From positions 1 through 64,000 of the forward strand of contig NW_021832612.1 in NCBI RefSeq assembly GCF_006345805.1: a DNA stretch of 64,000 nt, read 5' to 3'. The DNA comes from Octopus sinensis (Eukaryota). The translations under genes and the position numbers were made by a program. Below, piece by piece: positions 12,431 through 25,910 of the stretch; position 1 is the stretch's first letter, and every line of letters starts with the position of its first letter. The notes under the pieces are model-generated. The model did no database searches. It was not told the origin of the DNA and was given only the letters and a program-made list of their open reading frames with translations.

Positions 12431-12914
12431 GCAAATTCCCTTCCAAAATTTCTTTGTTTGTTAGGTGATGCAACAGAAGGGATTCAGCATGGAAGATTTA
12501 ATCCACGCACACACAGCATACACACACATACCGCACACACACACGCACACACACACACACACACATAGCTCTCACATATACACATGCATTGTTTGCGGCT
12601 GATGCACCAGCAAGCACAAGAACTCGAGAATCCGCTGAAGCCACAAACTTCCAGTCCAACAGGAAGTTAGAAGGAAATCTCACGTGCCATTAATGGTAAC
12701 CAGTGTGACATATTTTCTTCCTCTTATCGAAAGTCCTGCAATCTTTCATGGTTGTTAATTCTTCTCATTTGATTAAGTTTTAAAAAAGAAAATTAACATA
12801 GACATAATAACACAATCTACACGCTCTCTCACCCCTCCACCCCCTTCTTTAAATAAAAATCATGAAAATGAATCCTCTGGGTTTTTTTCTCTGATATACA
12901 TTGCATGCAATGCA

Positions 12915-13130
12915 TTGGTTTCAAACTTTGGCACAAGGCCAGCAATTTCAGGGGTGGTGTTAACAGATTACATCGGCCTCAGTATCCAACTGCTACCTGG
13001 TTTATCGGCCCCGAATGGATGAAAGACAAAGTCGACCTCGACGGTATTTGAACTCGGAACGTAAAGACGGTCGAAATGCTGCTAAGCATTTCGTCCGGCA
13101 TGCTAACGATTCGGTCAGTCCGCCGCTTTA
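12915..13130 (-). mobile_element. tRNA-derived SINE
   Basis: Core ggatgaaagacaaagtcgacctcgacggtatttgaactc contains a reverse B box (GAGTTCAAAT). The same core is tandemly repeated at 46312-47170. Confidence 0.7.
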
Positions 13131-14678
13131 GCATTGCAGATAACATATTAAAATTAATTCCGATCTATTCTACAGGCTTCTCTGAACTGTTCCAGAAAAA
13201 AAATCATTTTTCCTACTCCAATGCGGACTAATTATATTTGTAAGACATATACACCGGACTCCTTACCAAGAATCGAAACCTCGATCTTCACGCTTGTTTA
13301 TATTGTTCTCGCCGTTTATGTTTAGAATTCATTCGTTTTACCTATTTAAATCGCCACCATTTTAGATGAGACAGGGTTTAATCTTGTTAACCCAATCCGG
13401 TCTATTGTCAATGGTCTAACTTGACTTTAGTACTGCAATAAATTCGAGATACCAAGAGAAAAATATTCTCTTTCCTCTGCAACTTCCAAACAGTTAACTA
13501 TGACACCTTCTCGGGAGCTTCGCCCCATTTATCCCCCTCAAGTTAGGGATCACTATTAACAACTGCCATGGTAATAGATTATCCATCAAAACTAACTAAA
13601 TTTTGTGTTTACTTCCCACTCGTCGCAGTTGCAGAACCGCGTAAGTAAAATCTACAGCAGTTCTTTGCAGTGCATCCAGAAATATTATCTAAGCAATGCA
13701 CAGTCTTTCGCCAACTTGTCACATCTCTACGTGTTACAAGCAACTTGCTACATCGTGCCTGTTACGCCTTTCCCGTTACAATTATACCGTTATACATACA
13801 AAGACATGTTTGAAGTACATTTCGAAAGAAGCTAGAATCTTTATAAACGTCAGTCCCTTCATACCTGGGGCCTTGAGTTATTACTAGAAATAAAGGATAG
13901 TAAATAAAACTCAACATATATTAAAGAAGTAATGATTTCTTATATAAAATTGTCTTATATATAAATAGGGAAGTCGATTGCATTAAAGAGATTAGGATTT
14001 CTTGATTAATATTAAAGAAATCACGAAAGATATTAAGACCATCAGAAGAATAAGAAACTATTTTGATTCCATTTCAGAACTTTGGAATGATTTCAAACAG
14101 TCAAATACACTGGACAAGATTAACTCTGTGGGATGTGGTATAAGAGTTTTCGACTCTTATTATTTCGTTGACAGTAAGACCTATTTTTGCTTATTTTTTT
14201 GTGTGCTTTTTTTTTCTTTTTCTTGTTTCTCATCTTTAATTCATTGATCTTCTGTCTCCAGTTCTTGTCGAAAAAATAAGAGAAATTAATGTCGCTCTCT
14301 TCTTCATCGCATTATTTCTTCTACTTACAGTCCTAATTCTTAGTTAAATATATTAGCAGTAAATTTATAATTCCTCTCCCCGAGATACCCAGCCACATGC
14401 CACTTCTCCTTCTCCCGTCATACATGCTATTACACCAACCAGATCACATCCTGCATCAATTATTATCCCCAATCTTTCATTTCTAGATTATACAACATTC
14501 AGGATCTCACTCCATACTCGCACTACTCTAAAGATGTCCAAACGGAACATTAATAAAATCGATCTATCGAATCAATAGACCATATCCATTCGTTTCCCTT
14601 GTACCTTCCAACGAAGTGAAACAGATTCATTTATGTTGTTATATTTCTTGTTTTCTCTTGCTTTTTTTTCTACTGCAG

Positions 14679-14875
14679 AAAAAGATATTAAGGATTTGAC
14701 AACTTATTCAACATTTTCCTTCAAACAAAATCCATATCACAACCTTATTACCAAGGCCCAAATGGATGCTCACTCGGTTCTGGATTGTTCACGTTTATGT
14801 ATGATATCTTCTACATGTACCGCCTTTTCATATACTGACACTAAGTGTTTACTAAAGAAACTTGTTGACCTTTAA
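14679..14875 (+). CDS. Terminal coding exon (phase 1), PAN/Apple-like domain, paralog 1
   Basis: Acceptor ttttttttctactgcag, phase-compatible with the donor at 3919. Translation EKDIKDLTTYSTFSFKQNPYHNLITKAQMDAHSVLDCSRLCMISSTCTAFSYTDTKCLLKKLVDL*. AATAAA follows at 14984. Confidence 0.8.
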
Positions 14876-14983
14876 TGGAATTCACCCCAAAATTATTTAC
14901 TTCTCAATGAAATGTGAGCAAGACTTCAACGGATCACGTTTGCTAATAATAATTATATAAGATAAAATGTGTATTTCTTCATA

Positions 14984-14989
14984 AATAAA
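14984..14989 (+). terminator. Candidate polyadenylation signal AATAAA of paralog 1
   Basis: About 110 nt after the stop codon and followed by T-rich sequence. Confidence 0.5.
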
Positions 14990-16139
14990 ATCAATTTAAT
15001 TCAGTTATTTCTTTTGTTAATTTATTTTTATTGCTAACGTTTTTCCTTTTTAGTCTTCTCTTAGAAATCCATTCACACTTTGGATGATTTATAAGATTAT
15101 TAAATTTACCCGAGTACCAATAGAACACTTGGGTATTATTTTATCAACCTTCAAAGAAAGAAACAAAAAATTAACAATAATAAGCAATAATAATCTCATG
15201 GCTTCTGATCGTAACTGACTGGAAGTGTCATCTTGTACATTGTTTTGTCCAGGTATAAAAAGATGGGCTACAGCAAATATTCTGCTCAATATCACAGATT
15301 TGCTTGTCGGTTGTTTGATCTTAAACAGTTGAGCATGTCATTTAATGGCTGACAATATGGGCACCTCTTGAAAGATGTGTGTTTTATTCATCATTCTTAA
15401 ACAAACCTTATTCAGGGACCTTTTATATCTGCTTCCGTTGTTTTGTTTTATTGATTATGCGGTAATCCACCCCCACCCCACTGGCCTTATCCTTGTCCTC
15501 ATCCCCATCATCATCACCATCATCATCACCACCACCACCATAATCACCATCATCATCTTCGTACCTGTGTGAATCACCATCGTCTTCATAGTAGTTAGGA
15601 TACTGCTGCAGCTGTTCCTACTACTATAACTACCACTACAACTAATGATGATGATGATGATGATGATGACGATGATGATGATGATGATGATGAGGCCCTC
15701 CTCCCCACCAATGACGCAATACAAATATCCTTCAGACCAATATAAAACAGACGGCGATGTCGAGAAAATATATTTTTACAATTTCCTCTCAGGCACTCGA
15801 CACTCAACGGTTCGCTCTGCAGTTTCAAGACTTTCAACGTTTCAAAATGCTCAAACTATTTCGCAGGTTGTCCACAATTTTTGGTAAGCTGAATATTCTT
15901 ACATTTCTCTCCACACATTTCCAGTTTTCTTTTAAAATCAAACTCAATGGCAGTTTTAATGTGTTCCATAATAATATTTAGTGATTGTGTATAAATACGA
16001 TGTTTTCTCTATAAAATGATTCTGTAGAAAACTAGCGCTACACGAAGAAATTTCACAATCATTTCCAAAATGATAAAATTGTTGGAATCCTGTAAGAAAA
16101 CCGCAAAAATAAGGAATTTCTTTGGAAATTATTTCTTCT

Positions 16140-16290
16140 TTTTATCATTTACTTGTTTCATTCATTAAAGTGTGGCCATGCTGGGGCACCACCTTAGAGA
16201 GCTTTAGTCGAATGAATCGGCCCCAGTTCTTATTGTTTTATAAGCCTGGTACTTATTGTATCGGTTCCTTACTGTCGGACTGCTATGTTA
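16140..16290 (-). mobile_element. SINE 3' fragment
   Basis: Reverse complement resembles the SINE tail at 18440-18545 (ccagcatggc...gaaacaagtaaa). Confidence 0.6.
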
Positions 16291-16356
16291 CAGGGATATA
16301 AATATGCCAATACTGCTTGTCACATAACGATGAGGGATAAACAGACACACGCACAC

Positions 16357-16357
<1 letters not shown>

Positions 16358-16431
<74 letters not shown>

Positions 16432-16485
16432 TGTGTGTGTGTGTGTGTGTATATATATGTGTGTGTGTGTGTGTGTGCATGTATG

Positions 16486-16515
<30 letters not shown>
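16358..16515. repeat. Compound (TA)n/(TG)n/(TATG)n microsatellite
   Basis: Directly visible. Confidence 0.95.
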
Positions 16516-16516
<1 letters not shown>

Positions 16517-17288
16517 TTGTTTTGCAAGGTTCTTGATGTGAATTCGTTTGTTGAAACAGATGTTGTATTTGGGGATGTCATATTGTCAGTTTAGCCAATG
16601 AAAATACGTGCACTATATATTTGGTGCTCGCTTACTTCAGCTTTATTTCATATTAATCGTATTTCGGCCAGAGTTCTTTCGTCACACTTCTGTCACCTCA
16701 TCAGTGATCCTTTGCTTTCTTCTTTTCTTTTTTGTGTCTCTCCTTCCTAACGATCTGCTATTTTGTATTCCTGTTGTATGTGTCTTTATTTGCGCATGTG
16801 TATATCCCTGTGTGTGTGTCTATGTTTTGTAAGTGTGTGTATGGTAACTGCATTATTCATTATCAGTATCCCCTGTTTATTCACGTTCGTTTAATTAAAT
16901 TTTATTTTACTTTATTCATTTGTTTTTATCAGTTCGAGGGATTTCATGAAATCGATTTTATGCATTGAAATTTCTTTTTTCTACAAAAAATGTTATGTAT
17001 GTTTGTTCCTTAAACTTGAGTGTGATAGTATAGATCTATACATTTTTATGAATATGGTTCTATAAGGAGACTTATGATATATGTTACCGGCGTCGCTGAG
17101 GTAAGGAAAAACATTATAAACGACACCACTAATTGACACGTTATTAATTAGCGTAATAGCAGCATAGCCTTCAAAAAACATGGATTACATGCAAAATATG
17201 TGAGCAAGAGAAATAATATTCTTAATTTAAATTCAAAATACATTGAAAGTCAACAATGTTTGGTTTAGAAGCGATGAGAGGAACTGAA

Positions 17289-17850
17289 AGATACGGAAAT
17301 AATTTTATTCTCAAACGCAGGTTAATGCTAATAACATAGCACGAATAGGATAAACTATCCATATTTCTTTAGAAAAATCTGTCGTTGGCCAGCCATGAGA
17401 CTCGAACTCACATCCCTGCGATTACCATTAAGTTAAACTGCCCAGCGACGAATTATTTTGCAATTTTAGGATGTATAAATCTAGCTTTAAAAGACGCTAT
17501 CGTACGTATTATACAAAATAAGTTGAAAGTCAAGAAACAGAATATGGCTAATTTCTCCAGTTCATGCTATATTATTAGCATCACCATGCGTTTGAGAATA
17601 AGATTATTTCTTCATCTGTATGATAGCGTCTTATAAAGCTAGAAGTAAATATCCGAAAATTGGAGAAGAACTTGTCGCTCGGCAGTTTAGCTTAATGGTA
17701 AAGCCCTTACCGCGTAGTCATAGGTATGTAAGTTCGAGTCTCATGGCTGGTCGCCAACAGATTTTTCTACAAAATATGGATAGTTTATCCTACTAATGCT
17801 ATGTTGTTAGCATTATCCTACGTTTGAGAATACAATTATTTCTTTATCTC
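17289..17850. repeat. Long imperfect inverted repeat (arms about 17289-17503 and 17621-17850) made of two opposed tRNA-like elements
   Basis: gaaataattttattctcaaacgcagg pairs with cctacgtttgagaatacaattatttc, and ataggataaactatccatatt with aatatggatagtttatcctac. The right arm has an A box TAGCTTAATGG and a B box GTTCGAGTC. Confidence 0.85.
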
Positions 17851-18087
17851 TATTTTTCAATATCCTTAAGATTATAAACTTGAAAAATTACAGGACAAGT
17901 TATTACACTTGGAAAAGTTCAAGACAACTTATTATATATGGTAAAATGCATAAAAAAATTACTTAAAATATTGCAGCTAAGGATAAAATGTGAATATTAA
18001 AATTTATTTGATTTTGATAAAAAAAAAGGTACTATCATTTTGTTAAAATATTGATACACATGAATACAGAGAAACAGAAGTCCCAAT

Positions 18088-18267
18088 AGGCGCAGGAGTG
18101 GCTGTGTGGTAAGTAGCTAGCTTACGAATCACATGGTTCCGGGTTCAGTCCCACTGCGTGGCATCTTGGGCAAGTGTCTTCTGCTATAGCCCCGGGCCGA
18201 CCAATGCCTTGTGAGTGGATTTGGTAGACGGAAACTGAAAGAAGCCTGTCGTATATATGTATATATA

Positions 18268-18313
<46 letters not shown>

Positions 18314-18550
18314 TATATATATATGTACGTGTGTGTGTGTTTTTGTGTCTGTGTTTGTCCTCCTAGCATTGCTTGACAACCGATGCTGGTGTGTTTACGT
18401 CCCCGTCACTTAGCGATTCGGCAAAATATACCGATAGAATAAGTACTGGGCTTACAAAGAATAAGTCCCGGGGTCGATTTGCTCGACTAAAGGCAGTGCT
18501 CCAGCATGGCTGCAGTCAAAATGACTGAAACAAGTAAAAGAGTAAAAGAG
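18088..18550 (+). mobile_element. tRNA-derived SINE with an internal (TA)n tract
   Basis: Head ggcgcaggagtggctgtgtggtaag...gggttcagtccc with A/B-box-like motifs, a cttgggcaagtg core, and a tail gaaacaagtaaaagagtaaaagag. Confidence 0.8.
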
Positions 18551-19039
18551 AGAGTATATAACTAAAGCTTTATACAAAATAAAATAGTATACATGGTAGG
18601 CAAATTCCTCATGTGAAAAATAGGCATCAAGACTAAAAATGGGAAGACTTGGCAATAACTCAGGCAATAACTCCAGCAAATTTTACTGTGGATTTGTAGT
18701 TATAGGTAGATTTTACAGCAATATATAACTAATTTTGTATTGTTCTATTTATTGTACTAATTATATTCTACTATTTTCAACATTCTAATTATTAATTAAT
18801 AATTTAAAAAATGAATATGTTTTAAAGTGCAAAAAATATTTTGAGTTATTTTTAATTTTTCATATAAGTAACACGCACACACAAATAGAAGTAATAACCT
18901 GTAATGAAATTTTTAGTTTTAATAAAAGCTAATATTTTCTAAATCCAAATATTTTCATGTCTAATAACTTTTCCTGTAATTTTCCAGGTTTATAATCTTA
19001 AGAATATTATTTCTCTTGCTCGCATTTTCAATATAAATA

Positions 19040-19063
19040 TGTATGCATTTATGTTTGTATGTG

Positions 19064-19112
<49 letters not shown>

Positions 19113-19455
19113 ATATGCGCATACATGTATTTAGGTATGTATGTGTATGTATGTCCGTCTGTATGTATGCATGCGAGTATATATGTATGTATTCGTATGT
19201 ATGTATGTTTGTATATGTTTGTGTATGTGTGTGCAGATTTGTATATTTTATGTATGTATTCTCATGCATATAGCTGCATATCTATACATGCTCATATATG
19301 TTTAAATGATAAATTTCTGGCCAGTTTTACAGATTTTTACAGTTCCAGTGATGAACTGGATCTGTTGTCTCTCCATTAGCTTTCTCCTTTCTGGTTTTGA
19401 GAAGCCTAATTTCTGCTAATTGCTATTTAGGCGGTGTGTTACATATCTTGCATAA

Positions 19456-19486
<31 letters not shown>

Positions 19487-19527
19487 TGTATGTATGTATG
19501 TATGTATGTATGTATGTATGTATGTAT
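19040..19527. repeat. (TA)n/(TATG)n microsatellite blocks
   Basis: Directly visible. Confidence 0.9.
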
Positions 19528-20439
19528 AATAATTCCATTCATATTTAGGGTTCTTTGAAGGAATACTAAACTGACTTGGAGGAAGAATGAAAGGTGAATC
19601 TAATTTGAGTGCGAAAAGAACTTAGGATGGTAAGCTTCGCGACTAAATACCGGATGCAATTTTGTCACGTTTTATTGATTCTTCCAATCGTCGACTTATA
19701 TCGAACATCTTTCCCTCGAAATCATTAAACTGAAATACGATCGTTAGAAGAGAAGGAAAATCCCTTCCAATTTGCATGTTAACACGACATAAGCCAATAG
19801 ATTTATTTTTATATTCGTTTTAAGTCTAAGGATTTCCAGCGTTGACTCAAGGACACGTATTTGTATATCGGAAAGTGAAAGTGAAAGTGTTTCAAACACC
19901 GTAGTAACAGAGGAGTTTGTCAGATGGTTCAGTGACAAAAACCAGTTGAATAAGGTTTAGCAGATAACAAATGAATACAAACATGTTCATACAGGCTACA
20001 CTCAGAAATAAAAACTGTGAATACAGAATATGGTTTCAAATAATTAAATGTCTGCTTGAGAAGCAGTAAAATCAATGACGGAATCGATATAATGTTGATG
20101 AAAAAGTACAGAACAAGTTTTTTACAGCTGGGAAAAGCGCGGGACAAGCATATTTGTATTTAAAATATTGCAGCTGAAATTAAAATTTTAAAATACTTAG
20201 ATTTATAAAAACTGAAAATAATAGCTTTTATTAGCTACTCTATAATTAAAAACTTAACTCAAATAAAAACTGTTAGCAAAAACTAAAACAATTTTTATAG
20301 CCCCATTAAAAAGGATTTTTTTTCAATTATAAGTATTTAAGAACTTCAATAAGTTTTTAAATAGTTTTCAGTTAAAATTCCTATTTTGCTCATCTTTTTG
20401 ATAAAAAGTGTCACACTGCAATTCACTGATAAAAATATC

Positions 20440-20840
20440 ATAAGGATGGTCTTTTGGAAATTTCAAAAAAGTCTACGGTATGGTTGTCGCAGTGTCTCGA
20501 AATAAAGCGAAGGAGAATGCAAGAAACCTGTGCAATGGCACTACCAGAAGAAACAGAGGCACGGAAAAATGTGTACCAATTGAGAACAAAGAAAAGCCGT
20601 GCAATGGAAACACCACAAGAAACAGAAACACGGACAAATACTGATCGGCTGAAGAAACAGGACTCCAGGGAAAACACGACGCTGCCACAAATTCAGCAGC
20701 GACAAGCAAACAAACAACTAGGTACGATAGCAATGGAGAGTTGGTCAGCAAAGAACTGGCAATGAGAGAATGGCTACGGAAGATGATGTGGCAGATTTTC
20801 ATGAGAAAGAACGAAACCCAAGCCTTATGTTGCACTATCC
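20440..20840 (+). mobile_element. Probable Helitron 5' coding fragment
   Basis: Charged repeats (LPEETEARK..., ETPQETETRTNTDRLK) followed by KNETQALCC, resembling the N-terminal repeats and CC motif of animal Helitron Rep. Confidence 0.45.
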
Positions 20841-20849
20841 ATCCCGATA

Positions 20850-23640
20850 TCATCACTTCAGCCTGCTCAATCTGATGGGTATCTAAGAGATCAGCAGTGA
20901 ATTTTTTGCTCTCTTTGAGAATAGAGTGATGTTTTTTTGGTCTTTCATGTTTTTTCAACAAGTTTTAGCATCCAATCGTTGGTTGCTTCGAGGTATTTGG
21001 CCAGTCCGATTGTGGTGGTTTTGTATGTAAGTTCAAGCTGGATCAAACCTCGACCTCCCTGAGCTCTGGGAAGGTAAAGGCGATCTTATTGGTGCATCTT
21101 ATTGCAAGTCAGTAGCTTGCAGATTTTTCTGTCAATTTTCATTATTTCACTGGTATTCCAGTTAAGCATATGGAAACTATAAAGAACAACTGGTACTGCT
21201 AAGGAATTTATGGCTAACACCTAATTATATGCATTCAGCTCAGACTTCAGGACTGCTCGAACTCTTCTATAACATACTTTCCTAACCTTCTCTTTCATGC
21301 TTGTATGCTGGATACTAGAGCCTTCATTTATTCCTAGGTATTTATAGATTTGTTCCTGCTCAAGTTCCTTTATTACTATTTCGACATCTAATTCAATTGA
21401 ACTAGACTTTACCAATTTCCCTTTCTTAAAACTGGCTTTGGCACACTTTTCAAGGCCGAACTCCATTCCGATATCATCACTGAATCCTTTCACAGTATTG
21501 TAATAATCCTTCAAGCTCTTCATCATCTTTGCCATATAGCTTTAAGTCATCCATATAAAATAGATGGCTTTTTTTCCTGTTGTCAATTTTGTAGCCATAT
21601 CCTGTTCTATTCAGTTCACTTGAGAGTGGTATTAGTGCTATGCAGAAAATTAGTGGTGAAAGTGAGTCACCTTGGAAAATTCCGCAGTTGATGCTAATGT
21701 TGTTTGAGTGCAATACTCCATTAGAATGATATAATTGGAGCTTCGTGTTCCATAGTGACATATTATACTTTAAAATATCTGAAATCACAGGAGAAATTTT
21801 GAAAATGTTCAGTGATTTCAGAATCCACGAATGTGGTATTGTCAAAGGCTTTTTTATAATCAATCCATGAAGAGCTGAGATTTCTGCGCTTGTTATGGCA
21901 GTTCTCAAGTATCATGCGATTAATTAGGAGCTGATCTTTGCATCCGTATGAGCCTCCTCGGCATCCTTTTTGTTCAGTGGGAAAGAGGTTATTCTCTACC
22001 ATAAACGTATATGTTTTCTCTACTAGAATAGATGTCAAAATCTTACAGGTAGTAGATAAACATGTTATAGGCCGGTGGTTTTTTGGGTCTTTCGTTTTGT
22101 TATTTTGGGGGAGGAGGTAAGTAATACCATTTACCATCCAATGTGGTGTTTTTTCCGGGTCTTTCATGATACTATTAAATAGTATTACTAACATTTTGTG
22201 TGCGGACGAGAGTGATGAGAGCCAGAAATTTGGTAGTCTATCAATACCAGGGGATTTCCACTTATGAGCCTTCGTTAGTGCCCTCCTTATGTCGGCGATT
22301 GAGATGTCTTCCCATACCTGTTCTTGTAGATTTTTTTAGGCATCTTGGGTGCGTTTGATCCACTCTGCATTTTCATTGTATGGTTTCTCATCACTCCAGA
22401 TCCCCTTCCAAAGGTTTTCAATTTCTTCCATTAGGGGTGAATTTTCAATGGTTACTTTTTCGTTCCTTATTTCCCTGTAAAATGATTTGGCATTGGATTT
22501 GAACATATTTTGTTTGTAGAATTTGATTCTTTTCTCAAATCTGCGTATTCTCTGAGCTTTTGCTTGAACTTTTTGTTTAAGTGTTTCTTTCGCTGACATT
22601 AGTTCTTCTCTTGTTGAGTGTCCATATTTTCTCACAATCTTCCTGCCTTTTCTTGATCTTACATCATTTACAGAGATTAGCTCAGTTAATATTGATATCT
22701 CCCTTCGCAATGATTCAATTTCAGTTTCAATTCTACTCCTCCAGTTTGATTTTCTTTTCGAATTTGGTATTATTGGCTTTTGGGGTATTAAACAACGTCT
22801 TTCGATTACCTTAGCGACAGAGTAAATAATTTCATTGAATTTATTAAGATCGGGTTTTAGTTGTTGTATGATTTCTTGTGTAACGCAGTTGCCAATTTTT
22901 ATTTGTGTTTTATGTTGGTGTGCATTTGAGAGTTTATGGAGTGGTTCCCTATCATTCATAGTTGCATGGCCTACAACTGCAAGCTCATTCAGAACTTCTT
23001 GCTTCATTTCAATGATAGATTTTCTGTGTTGTTCAACAAATATGTGGTCTTCAAATTCTGTTTCGACATCATTTTCCGGGCTGTTTTTCTAGGGTCATTA
23101 TATTTTCCTTCTTCTTCAGGATCTTGAGTCGTTTCGGCAGATGGTCGCCTTTCAGTCAATGCTTGTGGCCCAACATGCCTCTTCTCAGCTTCGTTATTTC
23201 TTTCCTGACTTACATTTAAGTCATTCTCTACCACGTTTTTAATAGAGGTTAATTCTGCATCTGTGAGTCTGGCATTTCTGAAGATATCTCTTCTAACATT
23301 TGCTAATCTGTTTTCATCCAGGTTTGGTCTGCTAGCTGGATTCCGGCTCTTCCAAATTCTGTAGGAGTTTGCGGTGTGTTTTTCTTCGGTTGGCCTGCTT
23401 AATGCAAAGTAATAAGCATATGTTACTTCTTTATATTCTTCCCGGTTCCATTTAGTTCTTTTACTTTTTTGATTTTCTGGTCGTTGTGGTGGTGAACTTT
23501 AGGGGCTTAATTTGGGACAAATCCCGTTTAAGTGACCTTCCAGGTTCAAATTCGGGGAAGATATTCTGCCATTTGAAATTTTTTTGCCATCAGGCTGGCA
23601 GCTTCCTTTATAACCATTGGACAAGCGATTCGGTGTACTG
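20850..23640 (-). mobile_element. Degenerate R4/Dong-type element (family 2), copy 2, with N-terminus and RT but no 3' end
   Basis: KWNREEYKEV...LANVRRDI at about 23290-23460; HRPITCL, EQKGC, WIDYKKAFD, QGDSLSP and YMDDLKLY in ORFs 21221-23007; frameshifted. Confidence 0.9.
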
Positions 23641-24059
23641 TTAAAAATTTTCTTTTCAAGTAAAGTTAAATTATTAAGTATTCATTAAAAAAATAAATAA
23701 AATAAATAAAATAAAATACGAATAAAAGATTTATTGCTGCTGCTACAACTACTGGGGCTGCTACTGTTGCTAATGATGATAAAAGAGGCCCTCTATATGA
23801 AAATTAGTGGTTAAATCTTATTACTATCATTATTATTATTATTATTATTATATTATTATTATTATTATTATTATTATCCTCTCTTTTAGCACCACAATAT
23901 TATCACAATATTCATGTCTATTAAAGAGTAAAAAATTTATCTATTTATTATTTCTCATTATTCATAAATAATAAAACTATACAACGTGAAACAGTTCCAC
24001 AACCATTACGAAAAACTACAAAAGACAACATTGATTTATCTATTTTCTTCTTCTTACAG

Positions 24060-24225
24060 GAAGATGTCCTTTAGATTTTATTGACAAAGCTAGTATACCT
24101 TCGAGTACCTTTGATAGCTTGAGTTACTTTACTGACATCAGTTACACGAAATGTCTGCTTCGAAGATCATAGAACTGCTGAATTGCGTTTTTACAAGGAT
24201 TGGACTTACACCGAAATAAACAGAG
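24060..24225 (+). pseudogene. Orphan PAN exon (third paralog) with an internal deletion of about 71 nt, frameshift and premature stop
   Basis: Same acceptor and donor as 3689 and 52050. Reads RCPLDFIDKASIPSSTFDSLSYFTDISYTKCLL, then jumps out of frame to DHRTAELRFYKDWTYTEINR. Length 166 nt is not a multiple of 3. Confidence 0.85.
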
Positions 24226-24413
24226 GTAAGGGCGTCATTTTCTTGTTTTTATTTATTTATTTTGTTGGAATTATACACAGTCAGTTGGACAAGACTAAGG
24301 CACCACCTTCAAAAATGTGTTAGTCTGTTATATTGAGGTCAGGACTTTGATTTACTTGGCTCTATCATTGGTTAAGTCCAACGTCATATAAAGGTACGGA
24401 CTCAATACCAAAT

Positions 24414-24448
24414 TAGATAGATAGATAGATAGATATATAGATAGATAT

Positions 24449-24489
<41 letters not shown>

Positions 24490-24574
24490 CAGACAGATAG
24501 ACAGTTAGATAGCTAGGTAGATAGATAGGCTGACTGACAGACAGATTGACAGAGAGACAGACAGACAGACAGAC

Positions 24575-24631
<57 letters not shown>

Positions 24632-24830
24632 CATACATACATACATACATACATACATACATACATACATACATAGATAAACAGATGCATACATACATAC
24701 ATTCACGGATGCATGCATGCATACATACATACGTAGATACATACATACATACATACATACATACATACTTGCATTCATACATATATAGATGCATGCATGC
24801 ATACATACATAATACATGTACACGCACACA
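24414..24830. repeat. (GATA)n/(GACA)n/(CATA)n microsatellite
   Basis: Directly visible. Confidence 0.95.
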
Positions 24831-24929
24831 CTCATGCGAAGAGTTAACTACTAAATACTCGATGAACAAGAGGGATAAAGATAGCCCCAAACCTCCATGC
24901 TGTGATGAAAAATGTCGGCTCTGTGGAAG

Positions 24930-25910
24930 ATATCAGTCCTAAGCAATGCTGATTTTTGTAGGTGTTCTATATTCACACTTGCAGCAGTCTTTTTCAGCCA
25001 TGTTGGCAGTTCAGTGTTGATATTTCCAAGTGCACCAATTATAATTGCTATCAATTCTCCTCTCTTCATTGGCCCCAACCTTCGTATTTCTCACTTCAAA
25101 TGGTCTTCACCTTGATCCTGTTGTCACCGGGCATGCTGTTCCCATTTTTATACATGTTCTTCCATATAAAAATTCACCATAACGATGTCTGGTTTCTGAT
25201 ATCTGGTCAGGTGATTTCCATGGATCATTGCATCTGACAGGATTTTGCAATTCTCATTTTCGATGACTCCTTCAGGCGTTTGCTCAACGTCTTTGCTCTT
25301 TGTAGGCCGTGATTTCCACAGAACTCCTAATGGGTTATTCGTGCCACATCGTCATGGCATCTTTTGTATAAGCGTTGTGTCAATTTTGGGCATATTAGTG
25401 CTTCTGTCTCTATCTTCAGGTCACTCCTCCTCATTCATAACCACCGGTCCTCTCTTATATGTCTTGGCGTTCACATCTCTTGCAAAATGACCGTACATTT
25501 TCTTTACCTTCGATGCTTTTTCTTTTTTCGTTCATTTTTTTGCTTTAAGTTCTCTTTAGTTACACAATTTTCAGTGTCGATGATGCCATCTTTCCTGTGT
25601 TTCAAGAATGGTTTCACAACATTTTGTATATTCCACCCTAGGCTGTTTTTTTTTTCTGCTTCGATACAGTCCTAGTACCTGATCAAGCCACTCCCACACT
25701 TTCTTCGGGACAAGTGTCACTTTTAGGGTGGAAAGCTCTGTGCGCTGTCAAAATGTTTCTGGTCTTGGTATTCTTCATTTCTCTCCTTTGCCATTTTATA
25801 ATTCCCACTCCATACCGAAGTGATGCTATCGCCCACGTATCGACTGCTTGGATTTTATTCTATCCAGTCAATTTTGAGCGCAACACCAACCTCAGTCGTC
25901 TGACATACTA
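24930..25910 (-). mobile_element. 3' fragment of another R4/Dong-type family
   Basis: IIIGALGNINTELPTWLKK...IEHLQKSALL at the C-terminus, RPDI upstream, and KTRNILT.HRAFHPKSD. Related pieces at 41990-42130 and 53830-54170. Confidence 0.7.

Larger units (their letters stand above)
13085..15066 (+). repeat. Segmental duplicate containing the terminal exon; partner is 55830-56960 plus 57903-58781
   Basis: Long collinear, near-identical non-coding stretches, e.g. aatgcggactaattatat, gcagaaccgcgtaagtaaaatctac and aaatcacgaaagatattaagaccatcagaag, in both copies. Confidence 0.92.

Noticed and set aside
14633-14678. Hydrophobic starts of ORFs 14633, 57600, 58312 and 37674 as signal peptides of single-exon genes
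   Set aside because: These are translated polypyrimidine tracts of splice acceptors; most lack a conserved ATG, and phase-compatible AG sites are present.
16520-16730. Penelope-like terminal repeat signatures here and near 36330 and 54520
   Set aside because: No RT or GIY-YIG coding remnant was recognisable, so this cannot be supported without a search.
19740-20180. Possible hAT C-terminal remnant or minus-strand exon (CPALFPAVKNLFCTFSS)
   Set aside because: One short, weak motif with no supporting frame or termini.
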